A DNA stretch of 64,000 nucleotides, taken from Hemiscyllium ocellatum (taxonomy: Eukaryota). This document shows positions 13,390 through 26,377 of this stretch, one piece after another. A model generated the notes under the pieces. That model made no database searches. It saw nothing but the letters and a program-made list of their open reading frames with translations, and was not told where the DNA came from. How positions within the stretch are numbered: the stretch's first letter is position 1; every line of letters starts with the position of its first letter. A program made the translations under genes and the position numbers. Where the stretch lies: contig NC_083435.1 in NCBI RefSeq assembly GCF_020745735.1, positions 25,667,231 to 25,731,230 of the forward strand, read 5' to 3'.

Positions 13390-14200
13390 GGTTAGTAACA
13401 TTAGGTCACATGGAATCCAAGGAGAACTAGCCATTGGATACAGAACTGGCTTGAAAATAGGAGACAGAGAGTGGTGGTGAGGATTGCCTTTCAGACTGGA
13501 AGCCTGTGAACAGCAGTGTGCCACAAAAATCGCTGCTGGGCTCACCGCCTTTTTTAATTTATATAAATGATTTTGTTCTCAGCAAGAGCAGAGAAGATGG
13601 TAAAAGAGGCAGGGGTGTTGTATTGTTAAGAGGTATGGTTAGTAAGTTTGCAGATGTCACCAAAATTGATGGTGCAGTGGTGAGTAAAGGAGATTATCTC
13701 AGAGTGCAACTGGACCCTGATCAGATGGGCCAAGGAGTGGCAGATAGAGTTTAAATTAGATAAATGTGAGATGTTGCATTTTGATAAGGCAAATCATAGC
13801 AGGACTTGGATTTACAATGATGTTGCCGGTTTGAGCTTTAGGAAGAGGCTGAACAGGCTGGAGCTGTTTTTCCTGGAGTGTCAGAGGCTGAGAGTTGACC
13901 TTATAGTGGTTTATAAAATCATGAGAGGCCTGGATAGGTCAAATAGACAAGGTTTTTTTCTGGGGTGGGGAAGTTAAGAACTAGAGGGCATAGGTTTAGG
14001 GTGAGAGGGAAAAAGTCTAAAAGGACCTAATGGGTAACCTTTTCACCCGGATGGTAGTGCACATAAGGAATGAGCTGCCAGAAGAAGTGGTGGAGGCTGG
14101 TACAATTACAGCATTTAAAAGGCATCTGGATGGGTGTATGAGTAGGAAGGGTTTAGAGGTATTTGGGCAATGTGTTGGCAAATAAGACTAGATTGGGTTA
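13390..14200 (+). mobile_element. CR1 LINE 3' fragment
   Basis: SVPQKSLLG, FADVTK, RLRVDLIVVYKIMRG. Confidence 0.8.
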
Positions 14201-17200
14201 GTGGAGCTGAACACGTGGCTGCAAGGATGGTGTATGAGGAAGGGTTTTGGATTATTGGATAATTGGAGCTCTTTCTGGGGAAGGTGGGACCTCTATGAAC
14301 AAGGTGATCTTTACCTGAACAAGAAGGGTCCCAATATCCTGGGGGGGATGTTTGCTAATGATCTTCGGGTGGGTTTAAATTAATGTGGTGGGGGATGGGA
14401 ACCTGAATTGTAGTTCCGACACACAGGAGGTAGAGGGTATTGTGGTCAGGGATAGGTTTACAAGGTTGTGATAGTGCACGGCAATCATAGTGTTCATTTG
14501 AAATCCATGTACGTCAATGCCAGGAGAATCGGGAATAAGGTGTGTGAACTTGCAGCGTGAGTTGGTCACTGGGATTTTAATGTGTGGCCATTTCAGAGAC
14601 ATGGGTAGAGGAGGGACAGGAGTGGTTGTTGCAGATTCCGGGTTTTAGATGTTTCAGCAAGAATGGAGAAGATGGTAAAAGGGGCGGGAGTGTGGCATTG
14701 TTTATCAAGGTTGGTATTGCAGCAGCTGAGATAATGTTTGAGGACTCATCCATTGAAGCAACTTTGGCTGTGGTTAAAAACAGGAAAGGAGAGGTCACCC
14801 TGTTGGGAATTTTCCATAGGCCTCCAAATTGTTCCAGGGATGTAGAGGAAAGGATAGCAAAGATAATTCTCAACAGGAGTGAGAGTAACAGGGTAGTCAT
14901 TATGGGGGACTGGGAATGTGATAGTTCAAGTTGTTTAAATGGGTCAGTTTTTGTTCAATGTGTGCAGGAGGGTTTTCTGACACAATATGTAGATAGGAGA
15001 AAGTGAGGACTGCAGATGCTGGAGATCAGAGCTGAAAAATGTGTTGCTGGAAAAGCGCAGCAGGTCAGGCAGCATCCAAGGAACAGGAGACTCGACGTTT
15101 CGGGCATAAGCCCTTCTTCAGGAAGGGGATTCAATGTTTCGGGCATAAGCCCTTCTTCAAGAATGGAGTATGTAGATAGGCCAACAAAGAGTGATGCCAT
15201 ATTGGGTTTGGTACTGGAGAATTAACTAAGCCAGCTGTTTGATTTGGAGGTGGGTGAGCATTTTGGCGATAGTGACCATAATTTGTTTATGTTTACCATA
15301 GCAATGAGCAGGGATATATGTATAAACTGCAGGAAAAGAGGGATAACTGGGGGAAAGGCAAGGATCATGCGATTAAGCAAGATTTAGGATGCATAGGATG
15401 GGGAAGGAAACTGTAGGGGATGGACACTCTTGAAATGTGCAGCTTATTCAAGGAACAGTTACCGCGGGTCCTTGATAAGTATATACCTATCAAGCATGGA
15501 TATAGTTATCGAGAGAGGGAGCCATGGTTTCCAATAGATGTTGAAGCTCTTGTCAAGAAGAAGAAGAAGGCTTATTTGAGGATGAGGTGTGACAGGCTGT
15601 TAGGACATTTGAAAGTTATAATTTAGCCAGAAAAGATTTAAAGAGAGGGCTAAGAAGAGCCAGGAGGGGACATGAGAAGTTGTTGGTGGATAAGATCAAG
15701 GAAAACCCTAAGGCCTTCTAGAGGGATGTCGGGAATAAAAGAATGGCTAGAGTAAGATTTGAGCCAATCAAAGATAGTAATGGAAAGTTTTGTGTGGAAT
15801 CTGAGGGCATAGGGGAAGCGCTTAATGATTACTTTTCATCAGTATTCACATTGGAAGAGGGAAATGTCAGTGAGAATACGGAAATACAGGCTACACAATT
15901 AGATGGGGTTGAAGTTGAAAAAGAGGAGGTTTTAGCAATTTTTGAAGATTGGAAAATAGATAAGAGCCATGGGCCAGATGAGATTTATCCTCAGATTTTC
16001 TGGGAAACCAGGGAGGAGATTGCAGAGCCTTTTGCTTCAACCTTAATGTCATAATTGTCGACAGGAATAGTGCCAGAAAACTGGAGGTTAGCAAACATTG
16101 TTCCCTTGATTAAGAAGGGGAGTCAGGACAACCCTGGTGATTATAGGCCAGTGAGCCTTACTTCAGTTATGGATAAGATGTTGGAAATGGTTATAAGAGA
16201 TAGAATTTATAATCATCTGGAAAGGAATAATTTTGATTAGAGATAGTCAACATGATTTTGTGAAGGGTAGGTCATGCCTCAAGAATCTTATTGAGTTCTT
16301 TGAGAATGTGACAAAACAGGGAGATGAAGGTAAAGTGGTTGATGTAGTGAATATGAATTTCATTAAGGCATTTGATAAGGTTCCACACAGTAGGCGATTG
16401 CACAGAATACAGTTTCAGAATTGAAGGCGATTTAGTAGTTTGGATCAGAAATTGGCTAGCTGAAAGAAGACAGAAGGTGGTGGTTGATGGGAAATGTTCA
16501 TCCTGGAGCTCAGTTACCAGTGGTGTGCCACAAGGAACCGTTTTCAGGCCACTGCTGTTTGTCATTTTTATAATTGATCTGGAGGTGGGCAGAGAAGGAT
16601 GGGTTAGTAACTTTGCAGATGACACTAAGGTAGGCACAGTTGCGGATAATGCCAAAGGATGTTGTGGGGTACAGAGGGAACAGGGATAAGATGCAGAGCT
16701 AGGCTGAGAAGTGGCAAATGAGGTTTAATGCAGAAAAGTGTGAGGTAGTTCACTTTGGAAGAAGTAACAGGAATGCAGAGTACTGGCTAAAAAAAACTTC
16801 TTGGCAACGTAGATGAACAGAGAGCTCTGAGTGTCCAGTTCATAAATCCCAGAAAGTTGCCACCCAGGTTGATAGGGTTGTTAAGAAGGCGCATGGTGTA
16901 TTGGCATTTATTGTGAGGGGGATTGAGTTTTGGAGCCACAAGGCCATGCCTCAGCTATACAAGACACTGGTAAGGCTGCACATAGAGTATTGCATGCAGT
17001 TCTGTCACCGCATTCTAGGTGTGGAGGTTTTGGAAATGGTTCAGAGGAGATTAACTAGGATGATGCTTGATATGGAAGGAAGGTCTTATGAGGAAAGACT
17101 GAGAAAACTGAGGGTGTTTTCGTTGGAGAGAGGAAGATTGAAAGATGGCTTAATCGAGATGCATAAAATAATCGAAGGTTAGATTGGGAGGACAATAAGA

Positions 17201-17500
17201 GACTTTTTCCTTGGATGGTGGAGGCTAACATGAGGGGACATAGCTTTAAACTGAGGGGTGATAGATTTAGGACCGATAGTAGGGGTAGTTTCTTTACTCA
17301 GAGAGTAGTAGGGGCATGGAACGACCTGCCTGCAACAGTAGTAGACTTGCCGACATTAACAGCATTTAAATGGGCATTGGACATGCATATGGATAATAAT
17401 GGAACAATGTAGATTAGATGGGCATCAGATTAATTTCACAAGTCAGTGCAATATCGAGGGCTGAAGGACCTGTTCAGCACTGTAACATTCTATGTTCTGT
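14200..17500 (+). mobile_element. CR1-clade LINE, long decayed copy (ORF1 esterase C-terminus, APE endonuclease, RT, 3' tail)
   Basis: ELNTWLQGWC...DNWSSFWGRWDLY; AISETW...GGSVALFIK...VIMGD; YRPVSLTS; DFIKAFDKVPH-like; GVPQGTV; FADDTK. Many stops and frameshifts. Confidence 0.9.
14998..15168 (-). mobile_element. Penelope-like 3' terminal fragment nested in a CR1 LINE
   Basis: Same terminus as 39500-39635, with two tandem hammerhead-like units. 12-bp TSD tatgtagatagg at 14986-14997 and 15169-15180. Confidence 0.88.
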
Positions 17501-18200
17501 GATATCTGGTCAGCATGGACGAATTTGAGTGACGGGTCTATTTAGGATTGTCGAACAAAGAGACCCTGAGGTAAGGTTCATAGTTACGTGAAAGTGGAGT
17601 CACAGGTGGACAAGTTGGTGAAGAAGGCATTGGTCAGTGTATGGAATATTGAAGTCGTATGTCATCTTATGCTGTGCAGAGTATTGATTGTGCAACTTTT
17701 AGAATACTGCATTCAGTTCTGGTCTCTCTGCTATAGGTTCAGAAAAATATTCACAGGGATGTCACAGAGGTTGGAGGATTTGAGCTATGCAGAGAGGCTG
17801 AATAGACGGGACTGTTTTCCCTGCAACATTAGAGGCTGACAGACGATCGAACCGCCTCACAGTTAATAAAATCATGAGGGGCATGGATAGGGTGAATAGC
17901 CAAGGTATTTGCCTAGAGTCCAAAACTAGAGGGGGGTAGGCTTAGGGTAAGAGGGGAAAGATTTAAAAGGAACCTAAATAGCAACTTTTTCACACAGAGG
18001 GTCCTGTATGTATGGAATGAGAAGAAGTGGCACAGACTGGTACAAATACAGCATTTAAAAGGCATCGAGATGGATATATGAATAGGAAGGGTCAGGGCCA
18101 AATGCTGGCAAATGGGACTGGATTAATTAAGAATATCTGGTCAGCATGGACAAGTTGGAGCAAAGGCTCGGTTTTGATGCTGCACAACTCTATGACTCAA
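17500..18200 (+). mobile_element. CR1 LINE 3' fragment
   Basis: LLEYCIQFWS, LSYAERLNR, FFTQRV. Confidence 0.75.
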
Positions 18201-20402
18201 AGTGTTGTTGTACTGCCATATTCTTACCAGACTATAGTGGCTGCTCTCATTTTGAGAGAAGCAACTGGTGGTGATTTAACCTGATGGTTACCAGGTCTCA
18301 GGCAAGGGAAAAGGTTGCAAAGGAGGGTCCTTCACAGTAACCTCAAATCAGTGATGGGAATTGAATCCATGCCATTGGCATCACATAGCTTTGTAAACCA
18401 ACAACTCAATCAACTGAGCTAAATCAATTCCTTCTAAGTGCCATCACGCAACTGAGCAACATTTGAACCACCATGGAAATTTTTTTTAAAAAAACCAAGC
18501 TCCTCAGAAATGTTCTGACGCATCTCTGGAGTTGGTGGGACTTGAACCCAGCTCAGAGGTGGGAACACTACCACTGTGCCACAAGAACCAGCCATTGCAC
18601 TTGCGTTAAGTGTTTAGCTGGCTCTATTACCCAAGTGCCCACTAGTATTTTCTTTTCACAGCACAGACGATTGCCACAAGCCAGCCAGGTTAACATTAAC
18701 TAGTGGGATCCATAAGAACGTGTCCCGATTATGAGTGATAGAAGACCCATTTCCCTTCCTAATTCCATGGCTTCCAAGGTCTGTTGGATTTAACTGACAA
18801 CAAGCTGGAGAAAAACATTCACCTCAATCAAGATAGTAGGTCAAATGAGAAAGTTACATCTTCGTGTATTTTAAGAAAAAGGTATCCCTCATGATTCTGT
18901 AACATTGTGACTCACTCCATAGAGGTTATATTAAACATGCAGTACATGTGCACAATACAAAATGAGCTATACAGGCACACTCTTGAGTGGATGATATCTT
19001 CTGGCTTGGTTGTTACTGCCAAGATTTTTAAAACAAACTTTATTTTTCAAAACAAAATACATCTTAGCTGTCTTTAAGGAAAGTAAATAAGTTTGCTTGA
19101 GCCAATTCTCAGTTGAAATGTTGCAGTTTTACCTCTCAGAACAATGTATTAAACAAAAATAACAACAAAAAAAAACAATAAATGAGGAGATTTGCTACAG
19201 CACATTTAAGGCAGTGGTTTAACGAGGGGACGAGAATAAGAAACTGATTAATCCTATCATGCAGTCTTATGTCCTACTTCGGTTCTGCTGAGTGCACATA
19301 AATGAAATTACCAAAATTATGCAATTCTGCCAAAAATAAGCTACTGTCTTTAATATGCCATATCAAATCTTATTCACTTGTTGATTTCTTTTTATAATTT
19401 TTGCTTCTGTAGGATAATAGGCTAGGGGGAGTGGGCCTGCATAGGTTACTCTTCATAGGGTTGGTGAACTTGTTGGACCAAATGGCCTGTTTCCACACTG
19501 TAGGGATACTAGGATTCCATTCTATGATAAATCTATTAAAGTGTCTCCTGGAAAGCGGGATTGGAGTGGGCAGATTGCTCATGGTGAAGACACGATGGGC
19601 TGAAAAGTGGTTTTTTTAAAAACATGCCTGTTATTTCTGGTATATTCCCGACTTTAATTTCAATCTCCTTTTGGAGGGAGGCCAGAGGGGCTTTACAAGA
19701 ATGATCCTTGGGATGGAGGGTTTGCCATATGAGGAGCAGTTGGTGTCTGTGATTCTGTACTGATGGATGGGGGTGTGGGGGGGGGGGGGGGGCTATTTTT
19801 GAAACTAATACTGATATGCCTGGAGAGAATAGAAGTGGAAGTGATGTTGTCACTAGTGAGAGAGACTAGACTCCAGGGCACAGCCTTCTAGTGAAGGGAT
19901 GGCCCTTTAGAATAGAGACGAGGAGGAATATCTGCAGCCAGAAAGAATCTACTGAACTTAGAAGGTGGCCAAGTCATTGAGTGTCTTCAAGATAGAGATA
20001 GGTAGGTTCTTTATTAGTAAGGGAATCAAGGGTTACAAGGAGAAGGTAGGAGAATACGATTGAGAAACATATCAGGAATGATGGAATGATGGGGTAGCTT
20101 AGGGATGGGCTGAATGGCCTGAATCTGATTGTTGACTTCACGGTCTTAACATGTGATGAAATATCATGTTTATTTAAAGATTAAGTAACTAATTTTGAAA
20201 ACGTGGCATTTCCTTGACAGATATTAGAACGGGAGATTTATTTGCTTGTTTAAGCTGTTACTGTCTGTTAAAACGAACAAAGCAATTTGGGGAGCTCACA
20301 TTATGATGTTTGTGTTTCAATGTGGAATTTGAGGGAGTGGATGTTTGAACGTACTTAACCACACAGAGAGACTTCACTTTAACAATGTTTACTCTTTTAC
20401 AG

Positions 20403-20741
20403 CAATGAGTACTGCGAACATCAAAGTTCTTCAAAGCCCGGCATTTATGAATGTAACTGAGGGGAACACAGCCGCGATGCACTGTACTTACAAAGGATCT
20501 AATGAACTGAGTGTCTTCAGGTGGTTCAGGGACAGGAGAGGAGGAACCGAACTTTGCAACGACACAGCGCAATACAGAGGCCGGGTCATTGGGCCAGACA
20601 GGGAGAAAATCGAGGGAAGGATGGGCGCCTGGATTCAACTAACAAAGGTGACATTGAACGATCAGGCGACTTATTATTGTAAAGTGGAATTTGTCTCAAA
20701 CAGTGAATATTATGGACAAGGAACAACACTTATTGTGGCAG
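20403..20741 (+). CDS. Gene A V exon 1: germline-joined VJ-type IgSF domain, NCR3/NKp30 family-like
   Basis: Acceptor ctcttttacag, donor G|gtgagc, 339 bp, phase 1-1. Has the B-strand Cys (AMHC), C-strand Trp (FRWFR), DQATYYC and a J-like YGQGTTLIV in the same exon. Confidence 0.9.
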
Positions 20742-23580
20742 GTGAGCATGCTGCACACTGTAAGTTTGAAAGCTGAATAGTGGGATTCTTGTGGGGCAGA
20801 GGTATGGTCCCTACCTCTCGGCGAGGGAGACAGGGTTCAAGTGAATAGCCTCTCTGAATGAGTTGGTATCAAAATAAAGATGAATTGGTCATCATGAAAG
20901 AATGGCCTCTCATGTCTATGTGTTGAATTATATAAGCAACGTTGGAGAACAAAAACCTAAAAACAAGGGTAGCCATGACAATTCAAATTGTTTCAAATCA
21001 TTGTTGGGTTTTAGAATCTGCCACTCTAGTTTGTTGATGGTAGCAGACTCTCAATCCCTTTAAAAAGATTGTAGGTGTGGTGGAATCACTACAGCTCCAG
21101 AGCAGGATTGGAATAGGAGGTTTGTTCATGGTGAAGACACGATGGACTGAATGGCCTTTTCGGTGTGTAACATTTCCAGAGTTCAATCAAAACAGGAATA
21201 ACATTTCAATGTGACCATATGCTTCCTCTGTGTCTTCCCCACACCCAATTTTATCAATGTGGAAATGTTTACAGAAATTACATTTCATCTTATTCCCTAG
21301 ATCCTTTGATTAGTGCCTCCATATCTATGGATTGTAGAGAAAAGCAATTAAGCAACCTGTTCTGAGATGTCATTACCTATTTCTGGAACAGGAGGACATG
21401 AACCCAGGCCTCCTGGCTCAAAAGTAGGGACACTATCACCACAAGACCCCTATGCATGCTGGCTCTCTCGTTTTCCATTGGATCTCATCCATAGCCGCCC
21501 CTCATGTAGAATTGAGACTGCTCACAAATGAAGTGAGAAAATTGTCTTAATTGAAGCCTTGAATGGTCAACCCCTTCTGATATTCTGATGCCTAAAGATG
21601 CTCTCTAGTACCACCCTGTGACTTTTGACAGTGTAAAATCTCAAATAATTCAAAATCGTTCAAAGTAATTGCCTCTGAGTCTTCCAAAGCCGACTTGCAA
21701 CCTGCTCAGGGCCTCCTAATCCTAAACTCAGGTTAGCAGTGCTTTCAAATTAACCTTTTTCAAGACTACATTTAAAAAAAGAATTGGGAGGGGGCCAGCT
21801 CTGACAAGGTCAACATTGTGTTAATTGAAGTAGAAAATCAAGCTTCACAGGGAATGATCAAATCTTAAGAGAAACAGCAATGTGGGGTTGGTCTGGGGTT
21901 GCTATAATCTGTAAACTGCAGCAGAAGAATATCATTTTCAATTGATTCACGCCACTACATGATGCTCCTAAGTAACGAAATGCAGTGCTTCATCATGCTG
22001 GCATCAAGCAAACAGTAAGCAGGGAAGACCGTTGTGGTGTTTTCCAGGCAGAAGTGGAGCAGGTTACGCTTAAACCTCATGAGGAAGATGTGTCTTCTGG
22101 CGATAATATACACAGGAGGATAGTGGATGGAATCTGTTTTACAGGCAAACTCAATGGCCCCTGCTAAAAAAAACAGAAAGGCAATGAATTAAGTCAAGCT
22201 GTGGAACTGTGCCAGATCTGACATCGCCTGTTTTAAGCAGTGACGGAAAGTTAACATATCACCTAGTTTAGATACTGTTAAAGGTCCGGAGGAAACGCTA
22301 TAATCGCTTTACAAAAGCCAAAATAAACAATATAAAGAAAATCAGCAAATGAATGAAAGTTGCTGCAACACACTTAAAGCAGTCGCTTACCCAGAGACTG
22401 AGGAAATAAAAAACTCAGATCAATTCTATCTTTGAGACTCACGTTCTACTTTTTCTCTGTTGAATGCATGCTGCAATTGACATTATCATGAAACGATCAA
22501 TATAGTGCATTTCCTCTCAATTTGTAGAGTTTTTTTAAAACATACCTGTTATATCCAGAATATTGACGATTTTATTTTCAAATTCTCTTTGGATGGGGTC
22601 CAGAGGATGTTTAACAGAACGGTCCTTAGGATGAAGGGTTTGTCACATGAGGAGCAGTCCAGGTGACTCTGTACTGACGGAGTTAAGAAGGACGATGAGG
22701 TGTGGATAGGAATCTGATTGAAGCCAAGAGAATACTGATAGGCCTGAATAGAGTAGACGTGGAGATAATTTTGAAGAGTGCTTTTCTACACGTCCGTTAC
22801 TTCCGGAATGTGGATATTCCCGACTTTAATTTTAATTTCACTTTGGATGGGGTCCAGAGGATGTTTACAAGAATGATCCCTGGAATGTAGGGTTTGTCAA
22901 ATGATGTGCCATTGAGCTCTCTGGGTTTGGAGTCCATGGAGTTCAGAAGGATGAATGGGGGTGCTGATTGAAACTTACACAATGCTGATAGATTGAGTTG
23001 AGGTGGAGAAGTTGTTTTCACGGGTCGTAGAGACCAGGACTCTAGGGCACAGACTCGCTGTGAAGGGATGGTTCTGTTGAATTGAAGTGAGGAGGAATTT
23101 CTTCAGCCGCAGGATGGTGAATCTGGAACTCAGAAGGCTTTGGTGGCCAAGTCATTGAGCACCGTGAAGACAGAGATAGGTAAGTTCAATATCAGTAAGG
23201 GGATCAATGGTTATGGGTAGAATGGAGGAGAATGGGGTTGAGAAATACATCAGCCATCTTAAACTGGTGGAGTAGCTTCGAGATAGGCAGTATAGCCCAA
23301 ATCTGCTTCTAAATCTCATGTGTTTTGTATATTTTCGAGCTAACAAATTTATTTAAAGATTAAATAGCTAATTTTGAAAACATGACATATCCTTGACAGA
23401 TATTAGAGCAGAAGATCTATTTGCTTATTAAAGCTGTTCCTGTCTATTAAAACAAACAAATGAATTTGGGGAGCTCACATTGTGATGTTGGTGTTTTAAT
23501 GTGGAAATTGAGGAGTGGAAGTTTGAACATGTCTAACCACGCAGAGAGATTTCACTTTAACAGTGTTTGTTCTTTCACAG

Positions 23581-23919
23581 CAATGAGCGCCGCGAACACC
23601 AAAGTTCTTCAAAGCCCGGCATCTGTGAATGTAACCGAGGGGAGCACAGCCGCTATGCACTGTTTTTATGAAGGACCTAATGGGCCAAGTGTCTTCAGGT
23701 GGTTCAAGGACAGTAAAGGAGGAACCGAGCTTTGCAACCGCTCAGCACAATACAGAGGCCGGGTCATTGGGCCAGACAGGGAGAAAATCAATGGAAAGAT
23801 GGGCGCCTGGATTCAACTAACACAGGTGACACTGAGCGACCAGGCGACCTATTATTGTAAAGTGGAATTTGTCTCAAACAGTGAATATTATGGACAAGGA
23901 ACAACACTTATTGTGACAG
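23581..23919 (+). CDS. Gene A V exon 2: tandem duplicate VJ-type IgSF domain
   Basis: Acceptor ttctttcacag, donor G|gtgagc, 339 bp, phase 1-1. Open frame with 20 of 113 residues differing from V exon 1 (hand count). Confidence 0.9.
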
Positions 23920-25780
23920 GTGAGCATGCTGCACACTGTAAGTTTGAAAGCTGAATAGTGGGGTTCTTGTGGGGCAATGGTATCGTCCCTATTTCTGGAC
24001 CAGTGAGACAGGGCTCAAGTTAATAACCTCTCGGAATGAGCTGATATCAAAATACCTTCAAGATTAATTGGTCATCATGAAAGAATGGTCTCTCAAGTCT
24101 ATGTGTTGAATTCTATGCAGGACATAAGCACCGTTGGGCAAAAAAAAGCCTAAGAAATAGAGTCTCCGTGAAAACTCAGCATGTTTCAAAGCATTGTTGG
24201 GTGCTTGAAATTCGCCACCTCAGTCTTTTGATTGTAGCAGACCCTCGACCCATTTAAAAGATTGTGGATGTGGTGTAATCTGTTACAGCTCTACAGCAAA
24301 TCCTGAAAGTGGGATTGGAATAGGCGGCTTGTTCATGGTGAAGACACGACGGGCTGAATGGTCTTTTCTGTGTGTAACATTTCCAGAGTTCAATCAGACC
24401 AGGAATAACATTTTGAGTTGACCATATGCATTCTCTGTGTCTCCCCCACGTGCAATGTTTTCAATGTAGAAATGTTTACAGAAATTACACTTCATCTTAT
24501 TCCCAAGATCCTTTGATTAGCACCTCCACATCTACTGATTGTAGGGAAAAGCGATTAAGCAACCTGTTCAGAGATGTCATTACATACTTCTGGAACAGAT
24601 GGGACATGAACCCTGCCCCCCAGCTCAAATATAGGGACACCACCACTGCACTACAACACCCTTATATATTCTCGCTCTCTCATTCTCAATGGGACTTCAT
24701 CCATACACAGCCATCATGTAGAATTGAGAATGTTCACACAAGATGAAGTGAGAAAATTCTCTTCATTGCAGCCTTGAATGATCAACCTCTTCGGATATTC
24801 TGACATCTGTTGATACTCTCTAGTACCATGCTGTTACTTTTGACAGTGTAAAATTCCCAAGAATTCAAAATCCTTCAATGTGATGTTCTTCGATTCTTTC
24901 AAATATCTACTTCCATTCTGCTCCGGTTAACCTCAGGTAAACAGTGGATCCAAATTAGCCTTTTTAAAGTTTGCATTTTAAATACAAATTGAGGGGTGGG
25001 CAGCTCTGACAAGGTCAAGGCTGTGGGTTAATGTAAGGAAAAAAATCAAGATACATATGGAATGTCCAAGTCTTTAAAAATTGGCAATGACATACCTATC
25101 TCATGGAGCGTGGATGTCACTTTCAAGATCAGTATTTGTGTCCCATCACTAATTATGATGGAAAAGATATCGCTGCTGTCCATTTTAAAGATGATGTGGA
25201 GATGCCAGTGTTGGACTGGGGTGGAAAAAGTTAAAAATCACACAACACCAAGTTCTCATCCAACAGTTTTATTTGGAAGCACTAGCTTTCAAAGTGCTGT
25301 TCCTCCGTCAGGGAGTTAGCTTGTACTTTCAAAATAAATCTAGCATTTTGTGATTTTTGACATTTTAAGGACAAGTTGGTCATCATGAAAGAATGGCCTT
25401 TCAAAGATATGTATTGATTCCAAGCAACATATAAGCGCCATTGGGGAAAAAAAAATAAACAATTGGTACAGGGAGACCCCCAGTGCTGTTAGGGAGGGAG
25501 CTCCAGCATTTTCACTCAGAGACAGTAAAGACGTGGTGATATATTTCCAAATCATGATGGCTTGTGGCTTGGAGGGGAACTTGCTGTTGGTTGTGTTCCC
25601 ATGTATCTGGTGCCCTTATCATTCCAATTAATAGAAGTCACAGGGAAATAAAAATGCAGGACTTTTCATTGTTAGGTCCAACCTGAGATCAGAGACAGAG
25701 AGTTTCTCACCTGTATCGACTTGATTCTATCATTCCAACATATTAATCATCATAGTGCAGAGTATGTAATGCTCTGCACT

Positions 25781-26082
25781 TTTTTAGATTACTTACAGTG
25801 TGGAAACAGGCCCTTCGGCCCAACAAGTCCACACCGACCCGCCGAAGCGCAACCCACCCAAATCCCTACATTTACCCCTTACCTAACACTACGGGCAATT
25901 TAGCATGGCCAATTCACCTGAACCGCACATCTTTGTGACTGTGGGAGGAAACCGGAGCACCCGGAGGAAACCCACGCAGACACGGGGAGAATGTGCAAAC
26001 TCCACACAGACAGTCACCCGAGGCGGGAATTGAACCAGGGTCCCTGGTGCTGTGAGGCAGCAGTGCTAACCACTGTGCCACT
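25781..26082 (-). mobile_element. Shark SINE (HE1 type)
   Basis: Reverse complement of the same consensus. Confidence 0.9.
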
Positions 26083-26377
26083 CTAGAAATTAACAAATAA
26101 CTAATCAAGGCCTTCTGATATCTGTCTTAATCTTTTGCTGCACCTCACTAAATGTGTTAATCCAAATGTGATATAATCTGTCTACTGAATCCTCTTCAGA
26201 CCTGGTGCAGTGCTGAGGCCCATTCCATTCTATTCCCTTGAAAAAGGGCAATAGAGAAAAGGACAGTTACATCGCTCATTTTGTTCCCAGCAGTTTAGGT
26301 TAAATTTGCGTATAAAACATACTAATTTGGAGTGCATGGTATTTTTCATATATATAGACGATATAGAGATGACCCTA

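Larger units (their letters stand above)
19610..25050 (+). repeat. Tandem segmental duplication carrying the two V exons (about 19610-21845 and 22530-25050; V offset 3178 bp)
   Basis: Colinear similarity over CR1 remnant, intron, V exon and about 1.1 kb downstream (e.g. cagctctgacaaggtcaa near 21796 and 25001). Confidence 0.9.

Noticed and set aside
20742-20790. Recombination signal sequences near the V exons (cacactg after the donor)
   Set aside because: Not a consensus heptamer and no spaced nonamer. V and J-like parts are in one exon, so these are not rearranging TCR/Ig segments. The cacagtg hits elsewhere that I checked are in SINE heads.
21959-21993. Possible second leader for V2 (MMLLSNEMQCFIMLASSKQ, gtaagc)
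   Set aside because: The donor falls in phase 2, incompatible with the phase-1 V exon, and the peptide is a poor signal sequence.
22391-22397. 7-nt minus-strand segment flanked by strong acceptor and donor
   Set aside because: Antisense to gene A with no partner exons found; likely chance.
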